A stretch of DNA of 64,000 nt from the NCBI RefSeq assembly GCF_007750855.1, contig NZ_CP036291.1:5180905-5244904 (forward strand). Reading direction: 5' to 3'. Of this stretch, positions 10,533-20,582 are shown in pieces. Source of the DNA: Pirellulimonas nuda (lineage in GTDB: Bacteria; Planctomycetota; Planctomycetia; Pirellulales; Lacipirellulaceae). A program made the position numbers and the translations under genes. The notes beneath the pieces were generated by a model. It worked only from the letters and a program-made list of their open reading frames with translations. It ran no database searches and was not told the origin of the DNA. Positions within the stretch are counted from its first letter, which is position 1. Every line of letters begins with the position of its first letter.

Positions 10533-11849
10533 ATGACCCAAGCGATTCGTATCACCGCCTGCGAGGTCATCGACCTCCGGTTCCCGACGTCGGAAGAAGC
10601 GCACGGCTCGGACGCCATGCACACCGACCCCGACTATTCCGCCGCGTACGTCACGCTGGCGACCAACCGCCCCGACCTGGTGGGCCACGGGCTTACCTTC
10701 ACGCTGGGGCGGGGGACCGACCTCTGCGTCGCCGCGGTGAGGGCGCTCGCCGATCAGGTCGTTGGCTGGACGCTCGAGGAGCTGGTCGGCGATTTTTCAG
10801 GAACCTGGCGGAGGGTGACCAATGACTCGCAGATGCGGTGGCTGGGGCCCGAGAAGGGGGTCGTGCACCTGGCGGCCGCGGCGCTGCTCAACGTGGTGTG
10901 GGACCTGTGGGCGAGGGCCGAGGGGAAGCCGCTGTGGAAGCTGGTGTGCGACCTGTCGCCGCAGCAACTGGTGGACTGCATCGACTTCCGCTACCTCGAC
11001 AACGCCCTCACCCGGGCCGAGGCGCTGCAGATCGTCCAGGCCAACGAGGCGACCAAGCCGGCGCGTGAAGCGCAGATGCTGGAGTCTGGGTTTCCGGCGT
11101 ACACCACCTCCGCGGGGTGGCTTGGCTACTCCGACGACCGCATCCGGAAGCTGTGCCGGGCCGCGCTCGCCGAGGGCTGGGACCACTTCAAGCTCAAGGT
11201 GGGCGCCAACCTGGAAGACGACCGCCGCCGCGCGGCGATCATCCGCGAAGAGATCGGCCCCGACCGCCGGCTGATGGTCGACGCCAACCAGCGTTGGGAG
11301 GTCGCCGAGGCGATCGATTGGGTGCGGGCCCTGGCCGAGTACGACCTGTGGTGGGTCGAGGAGCCCACCTCGCCCGACGACGTCGTCGGTCACGCAGAGA
11401 TCGCCAAAGCGATCGCCCCGATCGGCGTGGCGACCGGCGAGCAGTGCCAGAACCGCGTGGTGTTCAAGCAGTTGCTGCAGATGCGCGCCGTCTCGTTCTG
11501 CCAGATCGATAGCTGCCGGCTCGGCAGCGTGAACGAGGTGCTCGCCGTGCTGCTGCTGGCCAAGAAGTTCGGGGTCCCCGTCTGCCCGCACGCCGGGGGC
11601 GTAGGGCTGTGCGAGTACGTCAGCCACCTAATCATGATCGACTACATCCGCGTCGGCGCGTCGCTAGACAACCGGGTCGCGGAGTACGTCGACCACCTGC
11701 ACGAACACTTCGTGCACCCCACGGTGGTCCGTGGCGGACGCTACCTGGCCCCCGACAGCCCCGGCTACAGCGCTGAGATCCACCCGTCGACCCTCGACCA
11801 GTACCGCTACCCAGACGGCCCCGTGTGGCGGGCCAAGACCGGCGGCTAG
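10533..11849 (+). CDS. fucD: L-fuconate dehydratase (enolase superfamily)
   Basis: Begins MTQAIRITACEVIDLRFPTSEEAHGSDAMHTDPDYSAAYV, which closely matches characterised FucD N-termini. Start is the internal ATG 10533 of the long ORF 9888..11849. Confidence 0.8.
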   Translation: MTQAIRITACEVIDLRFPTSEEAHGSDAMHTDPDYSAAYVTLATNRPDLVGHGLTFTLGRGTDLCVAAVRALADQVVGWTLEELVGDFSGTWRRVTNDSQMRWLGPEKGVVHLAAAALLNVVWDLWARAEGKPLWKLVCDLSPQQLVDCIDFRYLDNALTRAEALQIVQANEATKPAREAQMLESGFPAYTTSAGWLGYSDDRIRKLCRAALAEGWDHFKLKVGANLEDDRRRAAIIREEIGPDRRLMVDANQRWEVAEAIDWVRALAEYDLWWVEEPTSPDDVVGHAEIAKAIAPIGVATGEQCQNRVVFKQLLQMRAVSFCQIDSCRLGSVNEVLAVLLLAKKFGVPVCPHAGGVGLCEYVSHLIMIDYIRVGASLDNRVAEYVDHLHEHFVHPTVVRGGRYLAPDSPGYSAEIHPSTLDQYRYPDGPVWRAKTGG

Positions 11850-11892
11850 GGGCGGCGTACGTGCAGACTTCATCCATGGTGCGAACACGACA

Positions 11893-12636
11893 ATGAGCAA
11901 ACGACTCGAAGGCAAGAAGGTCCTCGCCACCGCGGCGGGCCAGGGGATCGGCAGAGCGGCGGCCCTGGCGTTTTGTCGCGAGGGCGCCGAGGTGCTGGCC
12001 ACCGACATCAACGAACCGATGCTCCAGCGGCTGCAGCAAGAGGAGCCCCGCCTGCGGATCGCCACCCTCGACGTGTGCGACGTCCAGGCGATCGACCGCT
12101 TGGCGAGCGAGGAGGGGGAAATCAATGTGTTGTTCAACTGCGCGGGCTACGTCCACCACGGCACGATCCTCGACTGCACCGCCGATGCGTGGCGCCGCTC
12201 GTTCGACCTGAACGTCACGTCCGCCTACCAGGTGACGCGGGCCTTTTTGCCCGCGATGCTCGCCCGCGGCGGCGGCAGCATCGTCAACGTGGCGTCGGTG
12301 GCCTCGAGCGTCACGGGCGTCCCCAACCGGTTCGCCTACGGCGCCTCCAAGGGGGCCCTCATCGGCCTCACCAAGGCGATCGCCGCGGACTTCGTCGGCA
12401 AGGGGATCCGCGCCAACGCCATCTGTCCCGGCACGGTCCAATCCCCTTCGCTGGAAGAACGGATCCGCGCCCAGGGAGACTACGAGGAAACACGCAAGGC
12501 GTTTGTCGCCCGGCAACCGATGGGGCGGATCGGAACGCCCGAAGAGGTCGCGTCGCTGGCCGTCTACCTCGCCTCAGACGAGTCTGCGTTCACCACAGGC
12601 GCCATCCACGTGATCGACGGCGGCTGGTGCATCTAG
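11893..12636 (+). CDS. SDR-family 2-keto-3-deoxy-L-fuconate dehydrogenase-like oxidoreductase
   Basis: Rossmann motif TAAGQGIGRAAA and SDR catalytic region (YGASKGAL). Operonic with fucD. Start is the internal ATG 11893. Confidence 0.75.
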   Translation: MSKRLEGKKVLATAAGQGIGRAAALAFCREGAEVLATDINEPMLQRLQQEEPRLRIATLDVCDVQAIDRLASEEGEINVLFNCAGYVHHGTILDCTADAWRRSFDLNVTSAYQVTRAFLPAMLARGGGSIVNVASVASSVTGVPNRFAYGASKGALIGLTKAIAADFVGKGIRANAICPGTVQSPSLEERIRAQGDYEETRKAFVARQPMGRIGTPEEVASLAVYLASDESAFTTGAIHVIDGGWCI

Positions 12637-12661
12637 ATCCGTTACAACCCGCGAGAGCAAC

Positions 12662-13510
12662 ATGAAACTCCTACGCTACGGCGCCCCCGGACAAGAGAAG
12701 CCCGGCCTGCTGCACACCGACGGCACCCTGCGGTCATTGGCGGGCGTGATCGAAGACGTGTCGGGCAAGGCGTTGTCCGGCGCGTCGCTCGACGGGCTGC
12801 GCCGGCACGAGATCGACAAACTCCCGGTCGTGGACCCGGCGACCCGCCTGGGCCCCTGCGTCGCGGGGGTGGGCAAGTTCATGTGCATCGGCCTGAACTA
12901 CTCCGACCACGCCGCCGAGTCGGGCATGGACGTGCCCGCGGAGCCGGTGCTGTTCATGAAGGCCACCAGCGCCATCGTCGGCCCCAACGACGACGTGGTG
13001 ATCCCCAAGGGCTCGGAGAAGTCGGACTGGGAGGTAGAGCTGGGGGTCGTCATCGGCGAAACGGCGAAGTACGTCAGCGAGCAGGAGGCGCTCAACTACG
13101 TGGCGGGGTACTGCGTGGTGAACGACCTCTCGGAACGCGAGTACCAGCTCGAACGCTGCGGCCAGTGGGTCAAGGGAAAGAGCTGCGACACCTTCGCCCC
13201 GCTCGGCCCCTACCTGGTGACGAAGGACGAGGTCGCCGACCCGCAGAACCTGGACATGTGGCTCGAGGTCGACGGCCGGCGCTACCAAGACGGCAACACC
13301 CGCACGATGGTGTTCGGGGTGGCCAAGCTAGTGAGCTACCTCAGCGGGTTCATGTCGCTGCACCCGGGCGACATCATCTCTACCGGCACCCCCCCGGGGG
13401 TCGGGCTGGGCCAGAAGCCCCCCGTCTACCTGCGGCCCGGCCAGCAGATGCGGCTCTCCATCGCGGGGCTCGGAGAGCAGACGCAGCGTACGGTGGCGTG
13501 GGACGCCTAG
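12662..13510 (+). CDS. Fumarylacetoacetate hydrolase (FAH)-family 2,4-diketo-3-deoxy-L-fuconate hydrolase-like enzyme
   Basis: 282-aa FAH-fold protein (KFMCIGLNYSDHAAE, DWEVELGVVIG). Last gene of the fucP-fucD-SDR-FAH block. Confidence 0.75.
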   Translation: MKLLRYGAPGQEKPGLLHTDGTLRSLAGVIEDVSGKALSGASLDGLRRHEIDKLPVVDPATRLGPCVAGVGKFMCIGLNYSDHAAESGMDVPAEPVLFMKATSAIVGPNDDVVIPKGSEKSDWEVELGVVIGETAKYVSEQEALNYVAGYCVVNDLSEREYQLERCGQWVKGKSCDTFAPLGPYLVTKDEVADPQNLDMWLEVDGRRYQDGNTRTMVFGVAKLVSYLSGFMSLHPGDIISTGTPPGVGLGQKPPVYLRPGQQMRLSIAGLGEQTQRTVAWDA

Positions 13511-13731
13511 CCGCGAACCGTACGATTACGATTGCCACGAGGGGGCACGAAGAGAAGCGATCCTAGATCAACACGCTCGGGGCGTTTGCTGTCGCGACTT
13601 CACAAATGACCGTGGAGTTCGTGTGTTCCTGAACGCTTGTGCCTATCCCCACCTTTTGTGCTTTCTTGTGCCTTTTCGTGGCGATCCTTCTCCATCCCTG
13701 CTTTGCGTTGCCGCTCGCTTGGCGCCCTCGC

Positions 13732-15117
13732 CTAAAAGAGCCGATGCGTGTCGGTGACCAGCGGCCCCGTGCTGTCGGCGAACTGCTCGGTTTCGATCCC
13801 GACCGTGTTGAGCATGCTCACGAACAGGTTCGAAAGCGGCGTCTCTTTCTGCTGCTTCAGGTAGCGCCCGTGCCGGACGCCCATCGCGGCGCCCCCGGCC
13901 AACACTAGCGGGTAGTTCACCGCGTTGTGCGTGGTGCTGCAGGCGCTGCCGTAGAGCACCAGCGTGCTGTCCAGCAGCGAACCGTCCCCGTCGCGCACCT
14001 GGTCGAGCCGGGTCAGGAAGTAGGCGAACTGCTCGGCGAGCCAGCGGTCGTAGCTCCCCCACTCTTCCCAGTGCCCGTCGGCCTGGTCGTGGCTGATGCC
14101 GTGGTGCCCCTTCTTGATCCCCAACGCCAGCTTCGGGAAGTTCTCGCCGAAACCCATCCCGTCTTCGCGGGCCATCATGTAGGTCAGAACCCGCGTCATG
14201 TCGGTCTGAATCGCCAACACCATCAGGTCGAACATCGTCCGCAGGTACGCGGTCGGGTCGACCGCGGGGTTGCTGTCGAAATCGATCTTCCCCCCGTCGA
14301 CCTGCGGCAGCGGGATGTCCAGCCACTCTTCATTGTGGGCGATCTGCTCTTCGACCGAACTCAGTGAGGTCAGGTACTCGTCCACGCGGTTGCGGTCGTC
14401 CTGGCCGAGCCTGCGTTGCAGGCTGGCGGTGTCTTCCATCACCAGGTCGACGATCTTTTTGCGCCGCTCGAGGCTCTGCCTCCGCTCGCTGGTGGTCGCC
14501 CCGCCGCTGGGGGCGAAGTAACGCTCGAAGATCTGCCGCTGGCGGTTCTCGGAGGGGATCGGGCGGCCGCCGTCGGCAAACGACAGCGTCGACACGCGCG
14601 ACTTGTAGCCGATCCCGCCGTCGGTCGACAGTACGAGCGACGGGTACCGCGTGTACTTGCCAAGGCGGCGCGCCGCGAACTGATCGACCGAGATCCGGTT
14701 CTGGTACGTCGAGCCGCGGAGGTCGCCGCCGGTCAACCAAGTGTCCCCCGCCAGGTGCCCCAACACCTGCCGGCTGTTGGGGTGGCTCAGCCCACCCAGC
14801 ACGGTCATTTTCTTGCGCAGCGGCTCGAGCGGCTCGAGCACCTTGGTGGTTTGATAGTCCGCCCCCTCACCCAGCGGGAACCAGCTCCAGTCCCGGTGCG
14901 CGGGGTTCGACTCGGGGGGAAGACTCGCCCCGTTCGGAAAATAGACGTAGCAGAGCCGCTTGGGCGCAGCGCCGGTCGGGTCTCCCGCGAGGCCGGCGGC
15001 TTGCCCGTTTCCCATGGCCCCCCTAACACCCATGGCCTCTAGGTACGGCAGCGCACAGGCCACTCCCGCGCCGCGTAGCCAGGTCCTTCGGCTCAATCGC
15101 CATGGTTGTCGGCTCAT
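13732..15117 (-). CDS. DUF1501 domain protein (Tat-secreted, sulfatase-like fold)
   Basis: Tat signal MSRQPWRLSRRTWLRGAGVACALPYLEAMG, typical of planctomycete DUF1501. Overlaps the upstream DUF1553 gene stop by 4 nt. Confidence 0.8.
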   Translation of the reverse strand: MSRQPWRLSRRTWLRGAGVACALPYLEAMGVRGAMGNGQAAGLAGDPTGAAPKRLCYVYFPNGASLPPESNPAHRDWSWFPLGEGADYQTTKVLEPLEPLRKKMTVLGGLSHPNSRQVLGHLAGDTWLTGGDLRGSTYQNRISVDQFAARRLGKYTRYPSLVLSTDGGIGYKSRVSTLSFADGGRPIPSENRQRQIFERYFAPSGGATTSERRQSLERRKKIVDLVMEDTASLQRRLGQDDRNRVDEYLTSLSSVEEQIAHNEEWLDIPLPQVDGGKIDFDSNPAVDPTAYLRTMFDLMVLAIQTDMTRVLTYMMAREDGMGFGENFPKLALGIKKGHHGISHDQADGHWEEWGSYDRWLAEQFAYFLTRLDQVRDGDGSLLDSTLVLYGSACSTTHNAVNYPLVLAGGAAMGVRHGRYLKQQKETPLSNLFVSMLNTVGIETEQFADSTGPLVTDTHRLF

Positions 15118-18100
15118 GGTAGGTCTCCTTGACGCTCGGGCGTCGGCGGCTCTGCGTCGAGTCCGCTGAACGCTGGGCTTTCTGCTATCGCCAGCACGGC
15201 GGTTTGCAAGTTGTAGTCGTCGGCCGCGACGCGAGCAACGATGTCGTCGATGGCCTGTTCATCGGTATACGATACATCTCTGCCCAGCGCGTAGGCAAGC
15301 AAGTGGCTTACGACGGAGCGTGTGACCACGTCGCGCTGGTGCTCTAGCAGGTACGCCTTGAGCTGGTCGACCCCGTCGATCTCGGCCCCCTCGGGCAGCA
15401 CCGACCGGGCGTCAACCGGCCTGCCCTTGGCCTGCGTGCGGAAGCGTCCGACGGCGTCGTAGTTCTCGAAGACGACGCCGTACGGGTCGATCGTGCGGTG
15501 GCAGTCCGCGCAGGACGGCTTGTCGCGGTGCAGGTCGAGCTGCTCCTTGAGCGTCAGCTTCTCGAATCCAGGCGTCTCGGGGTTGAGCGCCGGGACGTTA
15601 GGCGGCGGCGGCGGAACGGGAGACCCCAGGATCTTCTCTTTCAGCCAGACGGCCCGCTTGATGGGGTGGGCCTGCGTGCCGTCCGAGTGCCCGCAGAGGA
15701 ACGCCCCCTGCGACAGCAGGCCGCCACGGTGCATCTGGGGCGACACCGACACGGGCCGGAAGTGCGTCCCCTCGACCCCCGAGATCCCGTAGAACTCGGC
15801 CAGGTTCTGGTTGAGCATGGCGAAGTCCGAGTCGATGAACGTCAGCAGGCTCAGCTTCTCACGCAGCACGTGCAGCAGAAACGCCTTCGTCTCCAACGCC
15901 ATGTCCCGCTTCACGAACCGCGTGTAGTCCCGGTAGGCGTCCACGTTCACGTCCATCGACGCGTGGCGGTCCAGGCGGAGCCAGTCGGTGGCGAACGTGT
16001 CGATAAACCGCTCGATCCGCGCGTCGGCGATCATCCTCTCGACCTGCCGGGGCAGCTCGCGCCGCAGGGTCCCGTCGGCCGCAAGGCGGCAGAGCTCTTC
16101 GTCGGGCGGAGAGTTCCACAAGAAATAGGCCAGCCCCTCGGCCAGGGCCGCGTCGCCCGCGGCCGGCCCATCGGGCGCCGCGATGTACAAGAAATGGGGC
16201 GAGCAGAGCACCGCCACCAGCGTCTCCTTCACGCCCTCGTAGTAGTTGTCGTAGTCGACGCGGGTGGCGGTCCAGAAATCGACGTAGCGATCGACTTCTT
16301 CTTGATCGACCGCCCGCCGAAAGGCCCGCGTCATAAACCGAGAGATTACTTCGCGGGTATAGCCGTCGGGGTCGGTCTCGCGCAGCGGCGACTCGAAAAA
16401 CACCTGTTGATGGCTCTCGGGGGGCCAGACGGGATACGACGGGCCCTCAAACTCGATCGAACGCACCACGATCGGCACGCCGCAATCGGAGAAGTCCTTG
16501 ACCAGATGATCGTTCCAGACCCCGACCACCATGATGTTGGACAAACTGCTCTTCTCTGTTTCGTCCAAGATCGGGATCGGCAGGTTCTCTAGGTACCCCC
16601 GAAACTCGTAGGTCTCGAGATCGTCTGAGGGCGAATCGACGACGCGCGGCTGGCCGAGCTCTGCGTACTCCATCCCGTCATCGGTGCGCGAGCCGACAAA
16701 GGCCCTCAAGGCAGAGTCGCGGCCGACGGGGCCTCCCTGGCTCCGCGAACGCTCTTCGCGGAGCGAGAGGCTAACGGGGTGGTCGTCGGGGATGGGCGAC
16801 ACCACGACCTCGCGGAAGCCGACAAAGAACCTGCCCCCCACCTTGAGCCGATGCCTCCCGGCAGAAAGCTGGGCGTGGGCCATCGGCGTCACGGACAGTC
16901 CTTTTTGCCCTGGGCGCCCCGGCTCGACGCGCAAGTGTTGGGCCGACTTGTCGAGCTCCAGCGACACCGAGGGCATGCCGTCCGCCGCCGCGGCCGGATG
17001 CACCAAGTCGATCTGGTACAAGCCCGGCTCGGAGACCCGAAAGCTGAGACTGCCGCTAGACGTCTTGGTGACGTCCTCCGGCACCAGCGCCGCGCCCTGC
17101 ATCGTGAGCCCGCTCTGCCGCTTGCAGTCGGCCGCGGTCAAGACAACCGCATCCGCCGGCGCGACGAGCCCGCTCGAGTCGCTCGCCAACCGGGCCATCG
17201 GCTCGGACGAGCGGAGCTGCAGCAGCCCTTCTTCCTGGTAGCAGTCCGCGTAGTCGGCCAGCGACGCCGTGACCCGCGTCACAAACGGCCCCTCGCTCGG
17301 AAAGCAGCGTCGCAGCAGCAGCTTCATGTTGGGCGACGGACCCTGCCACGACTTGGGGGCTTGTTCCTTGTGCGGCAGGGCCGAGAAAAGGATCAGACCG
17401 TCGTCAACGATGCGGTAGCGGTCGCTGCTAGAACCCCGCATGCCGACGCCGATGTTGCTCTCGATCTCTCTTAGCTCGGCGACCTCGGCGGGCGTCTGGC
17501 CGACGCGTGGCCGCCCTTGTTCGTCCAGGACCTCGACAAGCACGTGCTCGCGTGGGATGGGCGCCGACTGGTAGCCGCCGATCACCGCGGCGTGCCGCCC
17601 GACGCCGACGTTGGCGCCGAGGGTCGCTCGGTAACGCTTGGGTTCCGGACGGTCGCCGGTCTTGATGGCTTTGTCGATCGCTTCGCGCGCGATGGACTGG
17701 TAGTACTCAACATGCAGCGGCGAGGTAAGCAGCGATTCGCTGCTGTTAGAGAACCCCATGCGTGACTTGGCTTCATTGGGAAGGTTCCGGCCAAAGTCGA
17801 TCGGCAGGCTCAGCAGCTCGGCGAGCGAGTTGGAGTACTGCTCGCGCGTCAGCCGACGGACCGCCCCCGCGGAGGGCCGTTTGCGAAACCGCTTCGCCAG
17901 GTCGATGGACTGGGTCATCCAATCGACCAACTCCCTCCGCTCGGCGTCGCTGGGCTGGGGCTCGTCCTCCGGGGGCATGTAGCCCATGTTGATCATGTCG
18001 AGCGCCGCGTCCCAGCGGTCCGCGTCGCCGCCGCCGATCGTGTCGGGGTCGAGCACGTCGAGTCGCACGTCGCTGTACTGCTCTTCGGGCCCGTGGCACC

Positions 18101-18326
18101 CGAAGCAATACTTGCCGAGCAACGGACGCACGCGCTGGGAGTAGTCCCGCAGGTGCGCCTGACGCCCTTCGCCATCGGCCGCCTGCAACACCGCGGCGTC
18201 CGCGGCGGGCTGCTCTGCTCCAAGGGCGATCGGCGACGCCAACCCTCCCGCGGCGACCGCCACGGTCCAAACCGCCACACGTTCAGCGAGGAAGGATCGA
18301 GTAGCCGCTAAAACTCGCTCGGTCAT
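15114..18326 (-). CDS. DUF1553/DUF1549-type planctomycete cytochrome-c-domain protein (PSCyt/PSD family)
   Basis: 1070 aa with signal peptide. CxxCH-like motif (CFGCHGPEEQ) and PSCADCHRTIDPYGVVFENYDAVGRFR. Canonical partner of DUF1501. Confidence 0.75.
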   Translation of the reverse strand: MTERVLAATRSFLAERVAVWTVAVAAGGLASPIALGAEQPAADAAVLQAADGEGRQAHLRDYSQRVRPLLGKYCFGCHGPEEQYSDVRLDVLDPDTIGGGDADRWDAALDMINMGYMPPEDEPQPSDAERRELVDWMTQSIDLAKRFRKRPSAGAVRRLTREQYSNSLAELLSLPIDFGRNLPNEAKSRMGFSNSSESLLTSPLHVEYYQSIAREAIDKAIKTGDRPEPKRYRATLGANVGVGRHAAVIGGYQSAPIPREHVLVEVLDEQGRPRVGQTPAEVAELREIESNIGVGMRGSSSDRYRIVDDGLILFSALPHKEQAPKSWQGPSPNMKLLLRRCFPSEGPFVTRVTASLADYADCYQEEGLLQLRSSEPMARLASDSSGLVAPADAVVLTAADCKRQSGLTMQGAALVPEDVTKTSSGSLSFRVSEPGLYQIDLVHPAAAADGMPSVSLELDKSAQHLRVEPGRPGQKGLSVTPMAHAQLSAGRHRLKVGGRFFVGFREVVVSPIPDDHPVSLSLREERSRSQGGPVGRDSALRAFVGSRTDDGMEYAELGQPRVVDSPSDDLETYEFRGYLENLPIPILDETEKSSLSNIMVVGVWNDHLVKDFSDCGVPIVVRSIEFEGPSYPVWPPESHQQVFFESPLRETDPDGYTREVISRFMTRAFRRAVDQEEVDRYVDFWTATRVDYDNYYEGVKETLVAVLCSPHFLYIAAPDGPAAGDAALAEGLAYFLWNSPPDEELCRLAADGTLRRELPRQVERMIADARIERFIDTFATDWLRLDRHASMDVNVDAYRDYTRFVKRDMALETKAFLLHVLREKLSLLTFIDSDFAMLNQNLAEFYGISGVEGTHFRPVSVSPQMHRGGLLSQGAFLCGHSDGTQAHPIKRAVWLKEKILGSPVPPPPPNVPALNPETPGFEKLTLKEQLDLHRDKPSCADCHRTIDPYGVVFENYDAVGRFRTQAKGRPVDARSVLPEGAEIDGVDQLKAYLLEHQRDVVTRSVVSHLLAYALGRDVSYTDEQAIDDIVARVAADDYNLQTAVLAIAESPAFSGLDAEPPTPERQGDLP

Positions 18327-19025
18327 ACGGGCGCCTAAAAGAGACTAGATTGCCAGGCCTGCGGCCAACTCATCGCGGCATCCGGGCGATACAACTATAC
18401 ACAACGGGCTCTGGCAGGCGAAGCGACTCGCGACAGAGCGCCGCGGGAAACCGCGGGCGCCCGCGGTCGCGTCTGGAGCCGCCCGGGCCCGCAGATCCGC
18501 GGGCAAAACCAACGAATTTGCAGCACAAGCGAGCGTCGCGCTATCGCCCCGCCAGCCCGCGACGGTCCCCATTTATTTACGCATAGCGGACTTCGCTTGC
18601 TCGCTACGCGGGGACTCCAGGCCCGGCCCGAGCCGCTTGTTTTTGGGTCGCAAATAGCCACCCGGTCGCGGACAATCACGACAGCCCGGCGTGGTCGCCG
18701 GGCGTGGCGCAAAGGGTGCGCGCCGCGGATGCCGCGGCCAACAAAGGGGCGGGGTTTTGTCCACGAGGTGTCCGCTAGATCGCAGGGGGGTGTCCGATTG
18801 GAGGGGTTTTTGTCCACCGACCGGTCGCATATCGACCCATCCGGCGCCCAATCGCGCCGGCACGCTAAGGGAAGCACGCCAAAATCAAAGCCCCTCGCAG
18901 GCCCAGGCAGGGTTTTGTCCGATTTTCGGCGCCCCAGAGGGGTGGACAAAAGGACAAAACCCCCTGACCCACCCGCGCAGCAAAGAACCCCACAGAAACA
19001 AGCGTTTCCGCGGGGCTCTCGTGAG

Positions 19026-19099
<74 letters not shown>

Positions 19100-19270
19100 G
19101 TGGGTCTACTAGGATAGCGAGGGGGCGGCTTGGCCGAAAGGGCGGCGTTGGACCGGCCACAGCGCGGCGGGCTGGGCCGCTGGTTGCGGGTTTGCGGCTC
19201 TCGTATATTCGGACGCCCACGGCGGAGGGTGAGTTCGCGCTCCGCTGCCTATTTTGCCCCGGCAGCCATT

Positions 19271-20485
19271 ATGAAGTACGTGATTGTGATCCCCGACGGC
19301 GCCGCGGACGAGCCGCAGCAGTCCCTCGGGGGCCAGACCCCGCTGGAAGCGGCCCGGACGCCCCATATGGACGCCCTGGCCGCTGCCGGCGTGGTGGCGC
19401 GGGCGTGCCACACCCCCCGCGAGCTGCCGGCGGGTTCGGAGATCGGCAACCTCTGCCTGCTGGGGTACGACCCGTTCGAGCACTTCACCGGCCGGGCGCC
19501 GATGGAGGCCGCTGCCCAGGGGATCGAGCTCGGCCCCGACGACTGGGCGGTGCGCTGCAACCTGGTGACGATCGAAGACCAGGTGATGGTCGACTTCACG
19601 GCCGACCACATCGCAAACGCCGAGGGCGCCGAGCTGCTAGCGGACGTGCAGCGTGCGATCGCCAGCGACCCCAAGTGGCGCGGCGCCTTGGAGTTCGTGC
19701 CCGGCGTAAGCTACCGCAACCTGCTGATCTGGCGTGGCCAAAAGCTGGCGGCGCCCTTTTCGGCAGAGACCCGCACCCAGGCGCCGCACGACTGGACCGA
19801 CCTGTCGATCGCGGACGCCCACCCGCGAGGGCCCGGGGGCGACACTCTGGTCGAGCTGATGGACGCCACGGTCGAGCTGTTCCGCAACCACCCGGTCAAT
19901 CAGCGGCGGCTCGCCGAGGGGCATCGGGCCGCGACCAACGTCTGGCTGTGGGGCCAGGGGGGGGCGCCGACGCTGCAGCCGTTCGCCCAGAAGTACGGCC
20001 CCCGCGGTGCGATGATCACGGCGGTCGATCTGCTGCGTGGCATCGCCGCGCTGGTGGGCTGGGACCGCATCGAGGCGCCGGGCGCCACGGGCTACCTCGA
20101 CACCGACTACGCGTCGAAGGGGCGGGAAGCGATCGCGGCGCTCGATCGCTACGACATTGTTTGCGTGCACGTCGAGGCGCCCGACGAGGCGAGCCACGAG
20201 GGCCGCGTCGAGGAGAAGGTCAAGGCGATCGAACAGATCGACCGGCACGTGGTCGGCCCGCTGGTCGAGGCGCTCGGCCGCCACGGCGACTGGCGGATGA
20301 TGATCAGCCCCGACCACCCGACCTACCTCAGCACCAAGAAGCACACCCACGGCGACGTGCCCGTAGCGATGGCGGGCGCCGGCATCACACCGGACCGCTT
20401 CCAGCAGTACGGCGACTCCAACGCGGCGGCGTCGGACCTGGCGTTCGAGAAGGGCTGGGAAGCGATGCGGTGGTTCATCGGCTAG
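19271..20485 (+). CDS. apgM: Cofactor-independent phosphoglycerate mutase, archaeal type (ApgM-like)
   Basis: MKYVIVIPDGAADEP...; alkaline-phosphatase-superfamily iPGM of the ApgM type. Start at the internal ATG 19271. Confidence 0.75.
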   Translation: MKYVIVIPDGAADEPQQSLGGQTPLEAARTPHMDALAAAGVVARACHTPRELPAGSEIGNLCLLGYDPFEHFTGRAPMEAAAQGIELGPDDWAVRCNLVTIEDQVMVDFTADHIANAEGAELLADVQRAIASDPKWRGALEFVPGVSYRNLLIWRGQKLAAPFSAETRTQAPHDWTDLSIADAHPRGPGGDTLVELMDATVELFRNHPVNQRRLAEGHRAATNVWLWGQGGAPTLQPFAQKYGPRGAMITAVDLLRGIAALVGWDRIEAPGATGYLDTDYASKGREAIAALDRYDIVCVHVEAPDEASHEGRVEEKVKAIEQIDRHVVGPLVEALGRHGDWRMMISPDHPTYLSTKKHTHGDVPVAMAGAGITPDRFQQYGDSNAAASDLAFEKGWEAMRWFIG

Positions 20486-20518
20486 CGCATGGTAACCGCC
20501 AAGACGCGACGAAAGGGT

Positions 20519-20547
20519 GAACCGCCAAGGACGCCAAGAGCGCCAAG
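20519..20547. repeat. Left 29-bp terminal inverted repeat (GAACCGCCAAGGACGCCAAGAGCGCCAAG) flanking the GxxExxY gene
   Basis: Perfect reverse-complement match to 20993..21021. Confidence 0.8.
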
Positions 20548-20582
20548 AAGACGAAGAAAAGACGACGAAGAAATCACTAGCG

